A stretch of DNA of 36,169 bases from Chthoniobacteraceae bacterium (GTDB lineage Bacteria > Verrucomicrobiota > Verrucomicrobiia > Chthoniobacterales > Chthoniobacteraceae). How positions within the stretch are numbered: the first letter of the stretch is position 1; each line of letters opens with the position of its first letter. This document shows positions 17,838 through 25,674 of the stretch, piece after piece. The stretch covers positions 1-36,169 of the forward strand of contig JANNXQ010000257.1 of assembly GCA_031409655.1 (NCBI GenBank), written 5' to 3'. Position numbers and translations under genes: made by a program. The notes under the pieces were generated by a model. It had not been told where the DNA came from, searched no databases, and saw only the letters and a list, made by a program, of their open reading frames with translations.

Positions 17838-18538
17838 GTGCTCTTCCCACCATGCTCCTCGAAGTCCGCAACCTTACTAAAACCTACCGCGCGCCGGACG
17901 GCGGCGATGCCGTCGATGTCCTGCGCGGCGCGAATCTGAACCTGACCGCTGGCGAGACGCTCTCGATCGTCGGCCCGTCGGGTTCGGGGAAGAGCACGCT
18001 GCTCAATATCGTCGGGGCGCTGGATCGCGCGGACTCGGGCGAGGTGCTCGTCGAGGGGCGCGATGTGGAAAAGCTGAGCGAGGCCGAGGTCGCCGCGTAT
18101 CGCAACACCACCATCGGCTTCATCTTCCAGCTCCATCATCTGCTGCCGCAATGCACGATCCTGGAGAATGTGCTCGTGCCCACGCTCGCGCGGGCCCGCG
18201 GCGACCGCGCGGCTTTGCGCACGCGCGCGGAGAAGCTGCTCGAAGCGGTGGGCCTGAGCCATCGCGTGCATCACCGGCCCGGACAACTCTCTGGCGGCGA
18301 ACGCCAGCGCGTGGCGGTGGCGCGGGCGCTCATCAATGAACCCAAGCTGCTCCTCGCCGACGAACCGACCGGCGCGCTGGATCGCACCAACGCGGCGCGG
18401 CTCGTCGATCTCCTGCTGGAGATCAGTGGGTCGCACGATGTCGCCGTGATGATGGTCACGCACGCCCCCGAACTCGCGAAGCGGATGGCGCGTGCGGTGG
18501 AATTGGTGGATGGGAAATTCGAGGAGGTGCGGCAGTGA
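17834..18538 (+). CDS. ABC transporter ATP-binding protein, LolD/MacB-type
   Basis: Walker A GPSGSGKS, 'IGFIFQLHHLLP', LSGGE, 'LLLADEPTGALD', 'VTH'. Confidence 0.95.
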   Translation: MSALPTMLLEVRNLTKTYRAPDGGDAVDVLRGANLNLTAGETLSIVGPSGSGKSTLLNIVGALDRADSGEVLVEGRDVEKLSEAEVAAYRNTTIGFIFQLHHLLPQCTILENVLVPTLARARGDRAALRTRAEKLLEAVGLSHRVHHRPGQLSGGERQRVAVARALINEPKLLLADEPTGALDRTNAARLVDLLLEISGSHDVAVMMVTHAPELAKRMARAVELVDGKFEEVRQ

Positions 18539-18539
18539 G

Positions 18540-18705
18540 TCCGGGGAGCGCGCCCGTCTCGGGCGCTGGTTTCGGCGTCCCGCCGGAACGAACTTTCGCG
18601 ACGCATTCTTTGCAGAGCAACGGTTGCCGCGAATCCGATTGCACCACGAAAGTCCGCGGCGGCGGGACGCCGCCGCCAGCGCCCGAGACGGGCGCGCTCC
18701 CCGGA
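18540..18705. repeat. Long inverted repeat (REP doublet/REPIN-like), intergenic
   Basis: TCCGGGGAGCGCGCCCGTCTCGGGCGCTGG...GGCGTCCCGCC pairs with GGCGGGACGCC...CCAGCGCCCGAGACGGGCGCGCTCCCCGGA. Confidence 0.8.
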
Positions 18706-18746
18706 GCTTTCCGCCCGCGCGTCGATCTGCGCACCCGCACCGTCCG

Positions 18747-21700
18747 ATGACGCCCCTCACTTTCATCCTCGCCAGCGCCCGGCACTACTGGCGCACCCAT
18801 CTCGGCGTGATCCTCGGCGCGGCGCTGGCCACGCTCGTGCTCACGGGCTCGCTGCTCGTTGGCGATTCGGTGAAAGGCACCCTGAAGCGTCAGGCACTGG
18901 CGCGCGTCGGGCAGGCGCAATCGGCCTTCACTGGCGGCGATCGTTTCTTTCGCGAAGCGCTCGCAGACGCCGCTCCGGCGCTCATCGTCCGCGCGACCGT
19001 CGCAAAAGCAGACGGCACAGCGCGCGTGAATGCGGCGCAGGTACTCGGCGTGGATCAGCGGTTCTGGAAACTCTCTCCATCCGGTGCGGACGTCGCGCTT
19101 CCCGACGACGGCATCGCGCTGAACGCACGCCTCGCCACGCAGCTCGCAGTGAAAGCCGGCGACGCCGTGATCGTGCGCGTGGAGAAGCCGGGCGCATTCT
19201 CGCGCGACGCGCCGCTCTCTGGCGAGGAAGGCGATCTGGTGGCGCTCCGCTTAAAAGTTTCACGCATTGTCGGGGACACCGAGTTCGGTCGGTTCGCACT
19301 GGCCGCAGGCCAGGTGCCGCCCTTTTCCGGATACGTTCCGCTGTCGGTCTTGCAAGAAAAGCTCGCGCTGAAAGGCCGTGCAAACCTCCTCCTCTCGCGC
19401 GACGAGAAACTAACCGCCACGCTTCAGCTCGACGACGCCAGTCTCGCGCTCCGCGATCTTCCGAACGGCTCCGGCCTCGAACTGCGCACCTCGCGCGTTT
19501 TCCTCGATCCGCCCATCGTCGCTGCCGCACCGCAGGCACCGGATCGCCGCCGCGTCGATGCGCTCACGTACTTCGTAAATGAACTGCGCGCGGGGGAGAA
19601 GGCCACGCCTTACTCGATGGTTACGGCAGTGGAGACGGCGTCGTCGGGATTTCTGCCGGCCGAGTTGGCGGATGATGAGATCGTGCTCTCGCAATGGACG
19701 GCGGACGATCTCGGCGTGACGACGGGCGGCAAGGTGACGGTGAAATATTTCACGATGGGCGAGCGGCGGGAGCTGGTGGAAAAGGAGCGCGCCTTCACGG
19801 TGCTCGCGGTGCTGCCGATGTCGGAGCCGCAGCTCAACACCTCGTGGATGCCGGATTTTCCCGGCCTCGCGGATAAGCAGAACTGCCGCGATTGGAAGCC
19901 GGGGTTTCAGTTCGATGCGACGCGGATGCGGGACAAGGATCAGGAGTACTGGGAGCAGTATCGCGGGACGCCGAAGGCTTTCGTGAATTTGCACATCGGG
20001 CAGCAGATGTGGGGGAATCGCTGGGGAAATACGACCGCGCTCCGCTGGCCCGCGGGCACTGATCGCGTGGAGATTGAGCAGGCGCTGCGCGAGAAAATCA
20101 CGCCGGAGATGCTCGGGTTTCAATTCCTCCCGCTGCGCGAACAGGCGCTCGCGGCGACCAAGGCGCCGGTGGATTTCGGCCGGCTCTTCGTGAGCTTTTC
20201 CGCGTTCCTCATCGCGGCGGCGGCGGTGCTCACGGGACTGCTCTTTGTCTTCACGCTGGAGCAGCGCGCGGCGGAATCAGGCACGCTGCTCGCGCTCGGT
20301 CTGCCGCAGAAACTCGTGCGGCGGATGTTGCTCACGGAAGGTGCGGTGCTGGCGCTGGTCGGGAGTGTGCTCGGGGCCCTCGGTGCGGTGATCTACACGA
20401 AGCTGGTGCTGCGCGGGCTGGCGACGGTTTGGAAAGGCGCGGTGGGTGCCGTGGAGTTTCAATTCAGTGCGGGGCCGTGGACGATTCCGATCGGCGTTGT
20501 TTCGGGAGTCGAGATTGCGGTGCTCGCGATGTGGCTGGCGAGCCGGCGGCTCTTCCGGCATTCGGCGACGGAGTTGCTGCAAGGAGAAGGGGCGCCCTCG
20601 CCCATTGTGGCAGACTCGGGGCGAGGGCGCCCCAACTCCGTGGGGATACCTTCGACGGTCGCGGTGGGTTGTCTTGCAGGGGCGCTGGCGATTCCAATCT
20701 TCACTCGGAATGCAGGAGGTTTTTTTGGTGCGGGTGCGCTACTGCTCATCGCCGGTCTGCTCTTCGCGCTCGGCCGTCTGCGGCGGACGGCAAGCGGGAC
20801 GGGTCTCGAGTCGCTCGGTCAACTCGGCGTGCGCAATGCGGCGCGGCGGCGGGGGCGGAGCCTGGCGACGATCGCGGTGCTGGCGAGCGGCGTCTTCATG
20901 GTGGTGGCGGTGAGTGCGTTTCGGAAGGGTCCGCAGGTCGAGACGTTGAAGCTCGACTCGGGCACCGGTGGCTTTGCGCTGCTCGGCGAAGCGGCGTCGC
21001 CGATTTACGAAGACCTCAACTCGGCGAAAGGGCGCGAGACTTACGCGCTCGACGAGGTGGCGCTGAAGGACGTGCGGGTCATTCCGCTGCGCGTGCGGGA
21101 TGGCGACGATGCGAGCTGCCTGAATCTCAATCGCGCGCTCCAGCCGCGGCTGCTCGCGGTCAAGGCGGAGGATCTGGATGCGCCGCAGACGCGCTTTCGC
21201 CTGAACGCTGGCGACGCGAAATCGTGGACCTTGGCATTGGCCCGGCGCGACGACGGCGCGGTGCCCGGCATCGTCGATGCGAACACGCTCCAGTGGGCGA
21301 TGCAGAAGAAAGTCGGCGATGCCATCGAGTATCGCGACGACCGCGGGCAGACCTTGCGCGTCGTGATCGTCGGCACGATCGGCGGCTCGATGCTCCAGGG
21401 GAATGTGCTCATCGCCGAGCGCGACTTCACGGCGCGCTTCCCAAATTCCGGCGGCTACCGTCTCTTCCTCATCGACGCACCGGCGGAGCGCGCGGAGGCG
21501 GTGGCGCAGGAACTCTCGCGCGCCTTGCAGGATCGCGGCTTGGAGGTGACGCCAGCCGCGCGGCGACTCGCGGAATTCAACGCGGTGGAGAATACTTACC
21601 TCTCGATCTTCCAGGTGCTCGGCGGGCTTGGGCTGTTGCTCGGTTCGGCGGGGCTGGCGATCGTCGTTGCGCGCAATGTGCTCGAGCGGCGGCGGGAGTT

Positions 21701-21974
21701 TGGGCTGCTCGAAGCGGTCGGCTTCCGCGCGCAGCAGCTGCGCAAGCTCGTCTTTGCCGAGCATCGCTGGCTCATCGTTGCCGCGCTCGTCATCGGCACG
21801 GTGAGTGCGCTGGTGGCGGTCTGGCCGAGTCTCGCGGAAAAGGCGGGCGGCTTTCCGCTGCGCGAAGTGGCACTGCTGCTCGCGGGGCTCGCGCTTGGGT
21901 GCGTCTTCTGGACCTGGATTGCGACGCGGGTGGCGCTGCGTGGGAGCGGGGTCGCGGCGCTGCGCTCGGAGTGA
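18747..21974 (+). CDS. Large duplicated FtsX/MacB-type (type VII) ABC permease, about 1075 aa
   Basis: Two periplasmic plus FtsX halves: 'EQRAAESGTLLALG' and 'LERRREFGLLEAVGF'. Start MTPLTFIL; the track's upstream extension runs through the REP. Confidence 0.9.
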   Translation: MTPLTFILASARHYWRTHLGVILGAALATLVLTGSLLVGDSVKGTLKRQALARVGQAQSAFTGGDRFFREALADAAPALIVRATVAKADGTARVNAAQVLGVDQRFWKLSPSGADVALPDDGIALNARLATQLAVKAGDAVIVRVEKPGAFSRDAPLSGEEGDLVALRLKVSRIVGDTEFGRFALAAGQVPPFSGYVPLSVLQEKLALKGRANLLLSRDEKLTATLQLDDASLALRDLPNGSGLELRTSRVFLDPPIVAAAPQAPDRRRVDALTYFVNELRAGEKATPYSMVTAVETASSGFLPAELADDEIVLSQWTADDLGVTTGGKVTVKYFTMGERRELVEKERAFTVLAVLPMSEPQLNTSWMPDFPGLADKQNCRDWKPGFQFDATRMRDKDQEYWEQYRGTPKAFVNLHIGQQMWGNRWGNTTALRWPAGTDRVEIEQALREKITPEMLGFQFLPLREQALAATKAPVDFGRLFVSFSAFLIAAAAVLTGLLFVFTLEQRAAESGTLLALGLPQKLVRRMLLTEGAVLALVGSVLGALGAVIYTKLVLRGLATVWKGAVGAVEFQFSAGPWTIPIGVVSGVEIAVLAMWLASRRLFRHSATELLQGEGAPSPIVADSGRGRPNSVGIPSTVAVGCLAGALAIPIFTRNAGGFFGAGALLLIAGLLFALGRLRRTASGTGLESLGQLGVRNAARRRGRSLATIAVLASGVFMVVAVSAFRKGPQVETLKLDSGTGGFALLGEAASPIYEDLNSAKGRETYALDEVALKDVRVIPLRVRDGDDASCLNLNRALQPRLLAVKAEDLDAPQTRFRLNAGDAKSWTLALARRDDGAVPGIVDANTLQWAMQKKVGDAIEYRDDRGQTLRVVIVGTIGGSMLQGNVLIAERDFTARFPNSGGYRLFLIDAPAERAEAVAQELSRALQDRGLEVTPAARRLAEFNAVENTYLSIFQVLGGLGLLLGSAGLAIVVARNVLERRREFGLLEAVGFRAQQLRKLVFAEHRWLIVAALVIGTVSALVAVWPSLAEKAGGFPLREVALLLAGLALGCVFWTWIATRVALRGSGVAALRSE
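20580..20642. repeat. Copy of the 16547 REP inserted in-frame inside the permease gene
   Basis: CAAGGAGAAGGGGCGCCCTCGCCC...GGGGCGAGGGCGCCCCAACTCCGTG; 63 nt = QGEGAPSPIVADSGRGRPNSV. Confidence 0.8.
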
Positions 21975-21977
21975 ACT

Positions 21978-22019
21978 GCGGCGGGACGCCGCAGCTACGT
22001 AGCAGCGGCGTCCCGCCGC
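21978..22019. repeat. Palindrome between convergent genes (head-to-head GTAG REPs; possible terminator)
   Basis: GCGGCGGGACGCCGC-A-GCTAC|GTAGC-A-GCGGCGTCCCGCCGC; shares GGCGGGACGCC with 18540-18705. Confidence 0.75.
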
Positions 22020-22025
22020 CGGGGG

Positions 22026-23126
22026 CTACTTCTGCGAGACGCCGGCGAGGATCAGGATCACGATGAGGATCGCGAGCACGAGCAGCGCGATCTTCACCCA
22101 ACTCAGCGGATGCTTGCCGGCGATGGCGCCGGTGTAGCCGTTCACCACGATCTGATAGACCTGCGAGCCGTAGGTGTAGCCGAGCACCCACACGGGGACG
22201 AGGATGTGCTTGAAGGTCTGCTGGCGGTAGTCGGCCTGGACTTGCAGGTTGCGCTGGGTGTCGCCGGGGACTTGCTGGCTGCACAGCGCTTGCGTTTTCC
22301 CATCCATGACTTTGCGCGAGTGCTGCGCGCCGGCGATGAGGTCGATCTGGTATTGCTCGACCACCCAGCCGCTGAGGAAGCCGGGCTGGTAGTGCTTGAG
22401 ATCGCTCGTGGTCGGAAAGGGCTCGATCTTGCGCAGCAGTTCGGGTTGCACACCTTTCGACGCGGGCACGAGTTCGTCGTCGAAGAAGTGTTCGAGTTCG
22501 CCGGAGGCGTGCTGCCAGCGGGTTTTCTGCACCTGGCGCGTCTGGGTGCGGCCTTGCGAGTCGGTGACGCGCTCGGTCTCGTAGTAGTGGTAGCCGGCGT
22601 CGGCGGTCCAGTCGGCGTGGACGCGGGCGTCGAAAGTCCAATACGGAATGTACATCCCGTGGACGGTGTCGGTGAGGGCGCGGGACTTGAGCTTGTTCGG
22701 CGCGAACCAGCGCTGGCCGTACCACTGCCGCACGAGGTCGCGGACTTGCGTCTCGGGGAGTTTGAATTCGAGCAGACTCTCGGGCCGGATCGGCGCGGTG
22801 ATTTCATCCGCGGGAATGAGTGACGCCGAGCCGCAGAAGTCGCAGCGCTGGCCGACCCGCGTGGGATCGAAGACGGAAATCGCCTGGCAGCTCTGGCATT
22901 TCACCGACTTCTTTTCCGCCGCCCAGCCGCGGGTCTCGCTCTCGTAGTTGCGCAGCGCGGTGACGAGGTCGTGCTCGGTGATGCCGGAGCTATCGACGTT
23001 CAGTGCCGCGGGTGAGACGGTGCTGCAGAAGGGACAGACGAGCGCGCTCTTCGCAGGATTCCAATGCGCCTCGGCACCGCAGGCGGGGCAGGCGAATTTA
23101 TTGTGGGCTTGGATTTCGTTGGGCAC
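22026..23126 (-). CDS. Double zinc-ribbon protein with C-terminal membrane anchor (YdjG-like)
   Basis: CPAC..CPFC and CQSC..CDFC; 'YIPYWTFD'; 'VNGYTG'; hydrophobic C-terminal helix. Confidence 0.8.
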   Translation of the reverse strand: MPNEIQAHNKFACPACGAEAHWNPAKSALVCPFCSTVSPAALNVDSSGITEHDLVTALRNYESETRGWAAEKKSVKCQSCQAISVFDPTRVGQRCDFCGSASLIPADEITAPIRPESLLEFKLPETQVRDLVRQWYGQRWFAPNKLKSRALTDTVHGMYIPYWTFDARVHADWTADAGYHYYETERVTDSQGRTQTRQVQKTRWQHASGELEHFFDDELVPASKGVQPELLRKIEPFPTTSDLKHYQPGFLSGWVVEQYQIDLIAGAQHSRKVMDGKTQALCSQQVPGDTQRNLQVQADYRQQTFKHILVPVWVLGYTYGSQVYQIVVNGYTGAIAGKHPLSWVKIALLVLAILIVILILAGVSQK

Positions 23127-23150
23127 TACCGGGAGAAAGCGACGCGGCGC

Positions 23151-23624
23151 TTAAAATGCGAACGTCTTGGCCTCCGCCGGTTCGATGAACTCGGCCCGCT
23201 CCACTTCCACCTCGCGCTTCAGCACCTTTCCAAGTTCCCCAGCCAAGGCGCTGGCGATGGCTTTCGGGTCGCGCTCGCGGACCGGAATGGGGAAGGCACC
23301 GCCATTGCGATCATAGCCGAAGATCTGCCCATCCGTCTCCCAGACGCAGTAGGCGTGGCCGGACTTCAGATCCTTGTAACGGACGAGCATCACGCGGGAC
23401 CAGAAGTGGCGGTCGAGGTTATTGTGCGCCCGCACTCCGGCGAGATACTGGCAGGCGGAAACGACACAGCCATTGATCACCACCAAGTCATCCTCCTGCG
23501 CGCTCTGGAGCACGATCTGCGGCCGCGAAGCCGCTCCAGCCTGAAAAGCGAGCACGCAGAAGATAGCGACAATGAGGCTCGCGAGCAGCGAGTAGCGCCA
23601 GTGCTTGATAATGCGGTGCGCCAT
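23151..23624 (-). CDS. Secreted hypothetical protein, possible transglutaminase/papain-like Cys-His-Asp fold
   Basis: Signal peptide, then 'NGCVVSAC...GHAYCVWE...FGYD'. Confidence 0.6.
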   Translation of the reverse strand: MAHRIIKHWRYSLLASLIVAIFCVLAFQAGAASRPQIVLQSAQEDDLVVINGCVVSACQYLAGVRAHNNLDRHFWSRVMLVRYKDLKSGHAYCVWETDGQIFGYDRNGGAFPIPVRERDPKAIASALAGELGKVLKREVEVERAEFIEPAEAKTFAF

Positions 23625-24701
23625 TTAGCTATTGAGAAACGCGTCGATCGCAGCGCGGGTGATGCGCCAAGTCGCGCCGATCTTTTTTCCCTTGAGATCA
23701 CCGGTATCGAGGGACTGCAACACGTCGGCTTCGGTGACGCCGAGGACCTGAGCCGCTTCTGCGGGTGAGAGCAAAGCGGGTGCCGCCGTCGCTGCTGCCG
23801 GCAGCGGTGGGGGCGTGCCCGCGGCAGATGTGGCTTGCGGGCCGGTGATTCCTCCGGGTTGATTCATCATCTGCTGCGCCATCGCGAACCCCATGGCCAT
23901 CTCGGCAGCCGCGCCACCCGCGCCGCCGCCTTCGCCTTTGCCCATGCCTTGAGCCATCTGGAATTTCACGTAATCGTTCAGATTCCCAACCGCCGCCATC
24001 GACGAACGCTTGTCGATCGCCTGCTCGACTTCTGGCGGCACGCTCACATTCTCCAGGATGAAGCTCGGGAACTCGATGCCGTACTTGGCTTTCGTAATCG
24101 GATTGATGATCGGGAGCAAGGCCTCGCCGAGTTCGCTGTAACGCGAGGCCACGTCGAGCACCGGCACCTTGGCCTCCGCGAGCGCTTCGCTGAAGAGGCT
24201 GACGATCCGCGAGCGCATGGTGTCGCCGAATTCATCGAGCCGGAAGTGCTGATCGCTGCCGGCTACTTCCTTGAGGAAAAGCTTCGGATCAACGATGCGA
24301 AAATCGAAGGTCCCGAAGGCGCGCAGGCGCACGATGCCGAAGTCCGCATCGCGCATCATTACCGGATTCGCCGTGCCCCATTTGTTGCCGGTGAAGAGCC
24401 TCGTATTCACGTAATAGACGTCCGCCTTGAAAGGCGTGTTGAAGCCGTATTTCCAGCCCTTCAGCGTGGCGAGCACGGGGATGTTTTCCGTGGTCAGCGT
24501 GTGTTTGCCGGGGCCGTAGGTGTCGCCGAATTGCCCGAGGTAAACAAACTGCGCGACCTGCGACTCCCGCACGATGAGTTGCGCACCATTCTTGATCTCT
24601 TTGTCGTCGTCCGGCCAGCGGTAGCTGAGCGTGTCGCGTGAGTCATCCGTCCATTCGATGATCTCGATCAGTTCGCCTTTGATGAAGTCCATGAGGCCCA
24701 T
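23625..24701 (-). CDS. SPFH/band-7 (YdjI-like) protein with C-terminal excisionase-type HTH
   Basis: 'IKNGAQLIVRESQVAQFV', 'TPFKADVYYVNT', 'KWGT.NPV'; tail 'LLSPAEAAQVLGV...LKGKKIGATWRI'. Start MGLMDF. Confidence 0.85.
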   Translation of the reverse strand: MGLMDFIKGELIEIIEWTDDSRDTLSYRWPDDDKEIKNGAQLIVRESQVAQFVYLGQFGDTYGPGKHTLTTENIPVLATLKGWKYGFNTPFKADVYYVNTRLFTGNKWGTANPVMMRDADFGIVRLRAFGTFDFRIVDPKLFLKEVAGSDQHFRLDEFGDTMRSRIVSLFSEALAEAKVPVLDVASRYSELGEALLPIINPITKAKYGIEFPSFILENVSVPPEVEQAIDKRSSMAAVGNLNDYVKFQMAQGMGKGEGGGAGGAAAEMAMGFAMAQQMMNQPGGITGPQATSAAGTPPPLPAAATAAPALLSPAEAAQVLGVTEADVLQSLDTGDLKGKKIGATWRITRAAIDAFLNS

Positions 24702-24847
24702 GTGGTCAGTGTGTCCTTTCGGTGGTGGGTGGAGGGTTGAACTAAGCATCTTAATCCTAGTCGAAGGCTTGGAGTGGTCAATGCGATTCCCGATCATCAT
24801 CGCTCTCCTCCTTGCTTCCGAAACCTTGCCGCAGCTTGATCTGCACG

Positions 24848-24880
24848 TTGTCGCCATTCCGTCACTCTTCCGTCGTTTTT
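24848..24880 (+). promoter_or_regulatory. Pho-box-like 11-bp direct repeats
   Basis: TTGTCGC-CATT / CCGTCAC-TCTT / CCGTCGT-TTTT upstream of the alkaline phosphatase operon. Confidence 0.5.
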
Positions 24881-24966
24881 GCAGCAGAACGCCACGGCGT
24901 CGCCGCAATCGTCGGCAACATGTTGCGGGAGCATGGTTGTCGTGGCGGGCGCGTTCTGGCGAAAAG

Positions 24967-25674
24967 ATGGCGATGCAAATTTCGTCGTCTCTCGATCGCT
25001 TCGCCGGCCTGCTCGTGGGTGCCTCGCTAGGGCTGAATCCACTGCTCGCCGGCGCAGCGACGCCGGATCAGCCGCCCTACGCGGTCTCGAATGCGCGCCG
25101 GCCCGCGGTCGCGCCGATGGCGGAAAAGGTCACCCCGCCCGCGGCGAAGCCGATCGAATTGCCGCCGCTCCCGGACGGCGTCGAGGCATTGAAGTTCGGC
25201 GAGTTTTTCCAGCTCCCGGTCGGACCGCGCGGGCTGGAAATCACCGAGCGGCTGCGCGCACTGGATGGGAAGCGCGTCCGCATCCTCGGCCACATGGTGA
25301 AGGAGGATCTCACGCCGTGTAACTCGTGCCCGGTCACTCCGGTGAAGGGCAAGCGTCCGCTGCCGGCGTGGATGGAATTCGTGGTGCCGGGGCGGATGAT
25401 GTTCACGGAACTGCCCGCGATGGTCAGCCACGCGCACTACGGCCTCGCGGACGATCTGCCACCGCAGACGGTCTTCGTCACCGTGCCGGACAAGTTTGGC
25501 GAACTCGTGCCCTACACCCCCGGAACGATGCTGCTCACCGGAGTCCTGAGCGTCGGCAACAAACCCGAATCGGACAGCCGCATTTCCGTCGTCCGCCTGA
25601 CCATCGATTCGCCGGCCAAGACCGCCGCCTCTTCTCAGTCCGCCTCTCCGCAACCAGTGAACCAAACCAAATGA
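24967..25674 (+). CDS. Secreted hypothetical protein, DUF3299-like
   Basis: Signal-like N-terminus; 'LRALDGKRVRILGHMV'; CxxC 'CNSC'; ATGA-coupled to the phosphatase. Start is 24967 or 24973. Confidence 0.65.
   Translation: MAMQISSSLDRFAGLLVGASLGLNPLLAGAATPDQPPYAVSNARRPAVAPMAEKVTPPAAKPIELPPLPDGVEALKFGEFFQLPVGPRGLEITERLRALDGKRVRILGHMVKEDLTPCNSCPVTPVKGKRPLPAWMEFVVPGRMMFTELPAMVSHAHYGLADDLPPQTVFVTVPDKFGELVPYTPGTMLLTGVLSVGNKPESDSRISVVRLTIDSPAKTAASSQSASPQPVNQTK

Noticed and set aside
18492..18746. N-terminal extensions given by the ORF track (also at 7315, 11319, 15051, 24631, 25326, 31549)
   Set aside because: They run through REPs or upstream genes; downstream ATGs give stop/start coupling and family-typical N-termini.
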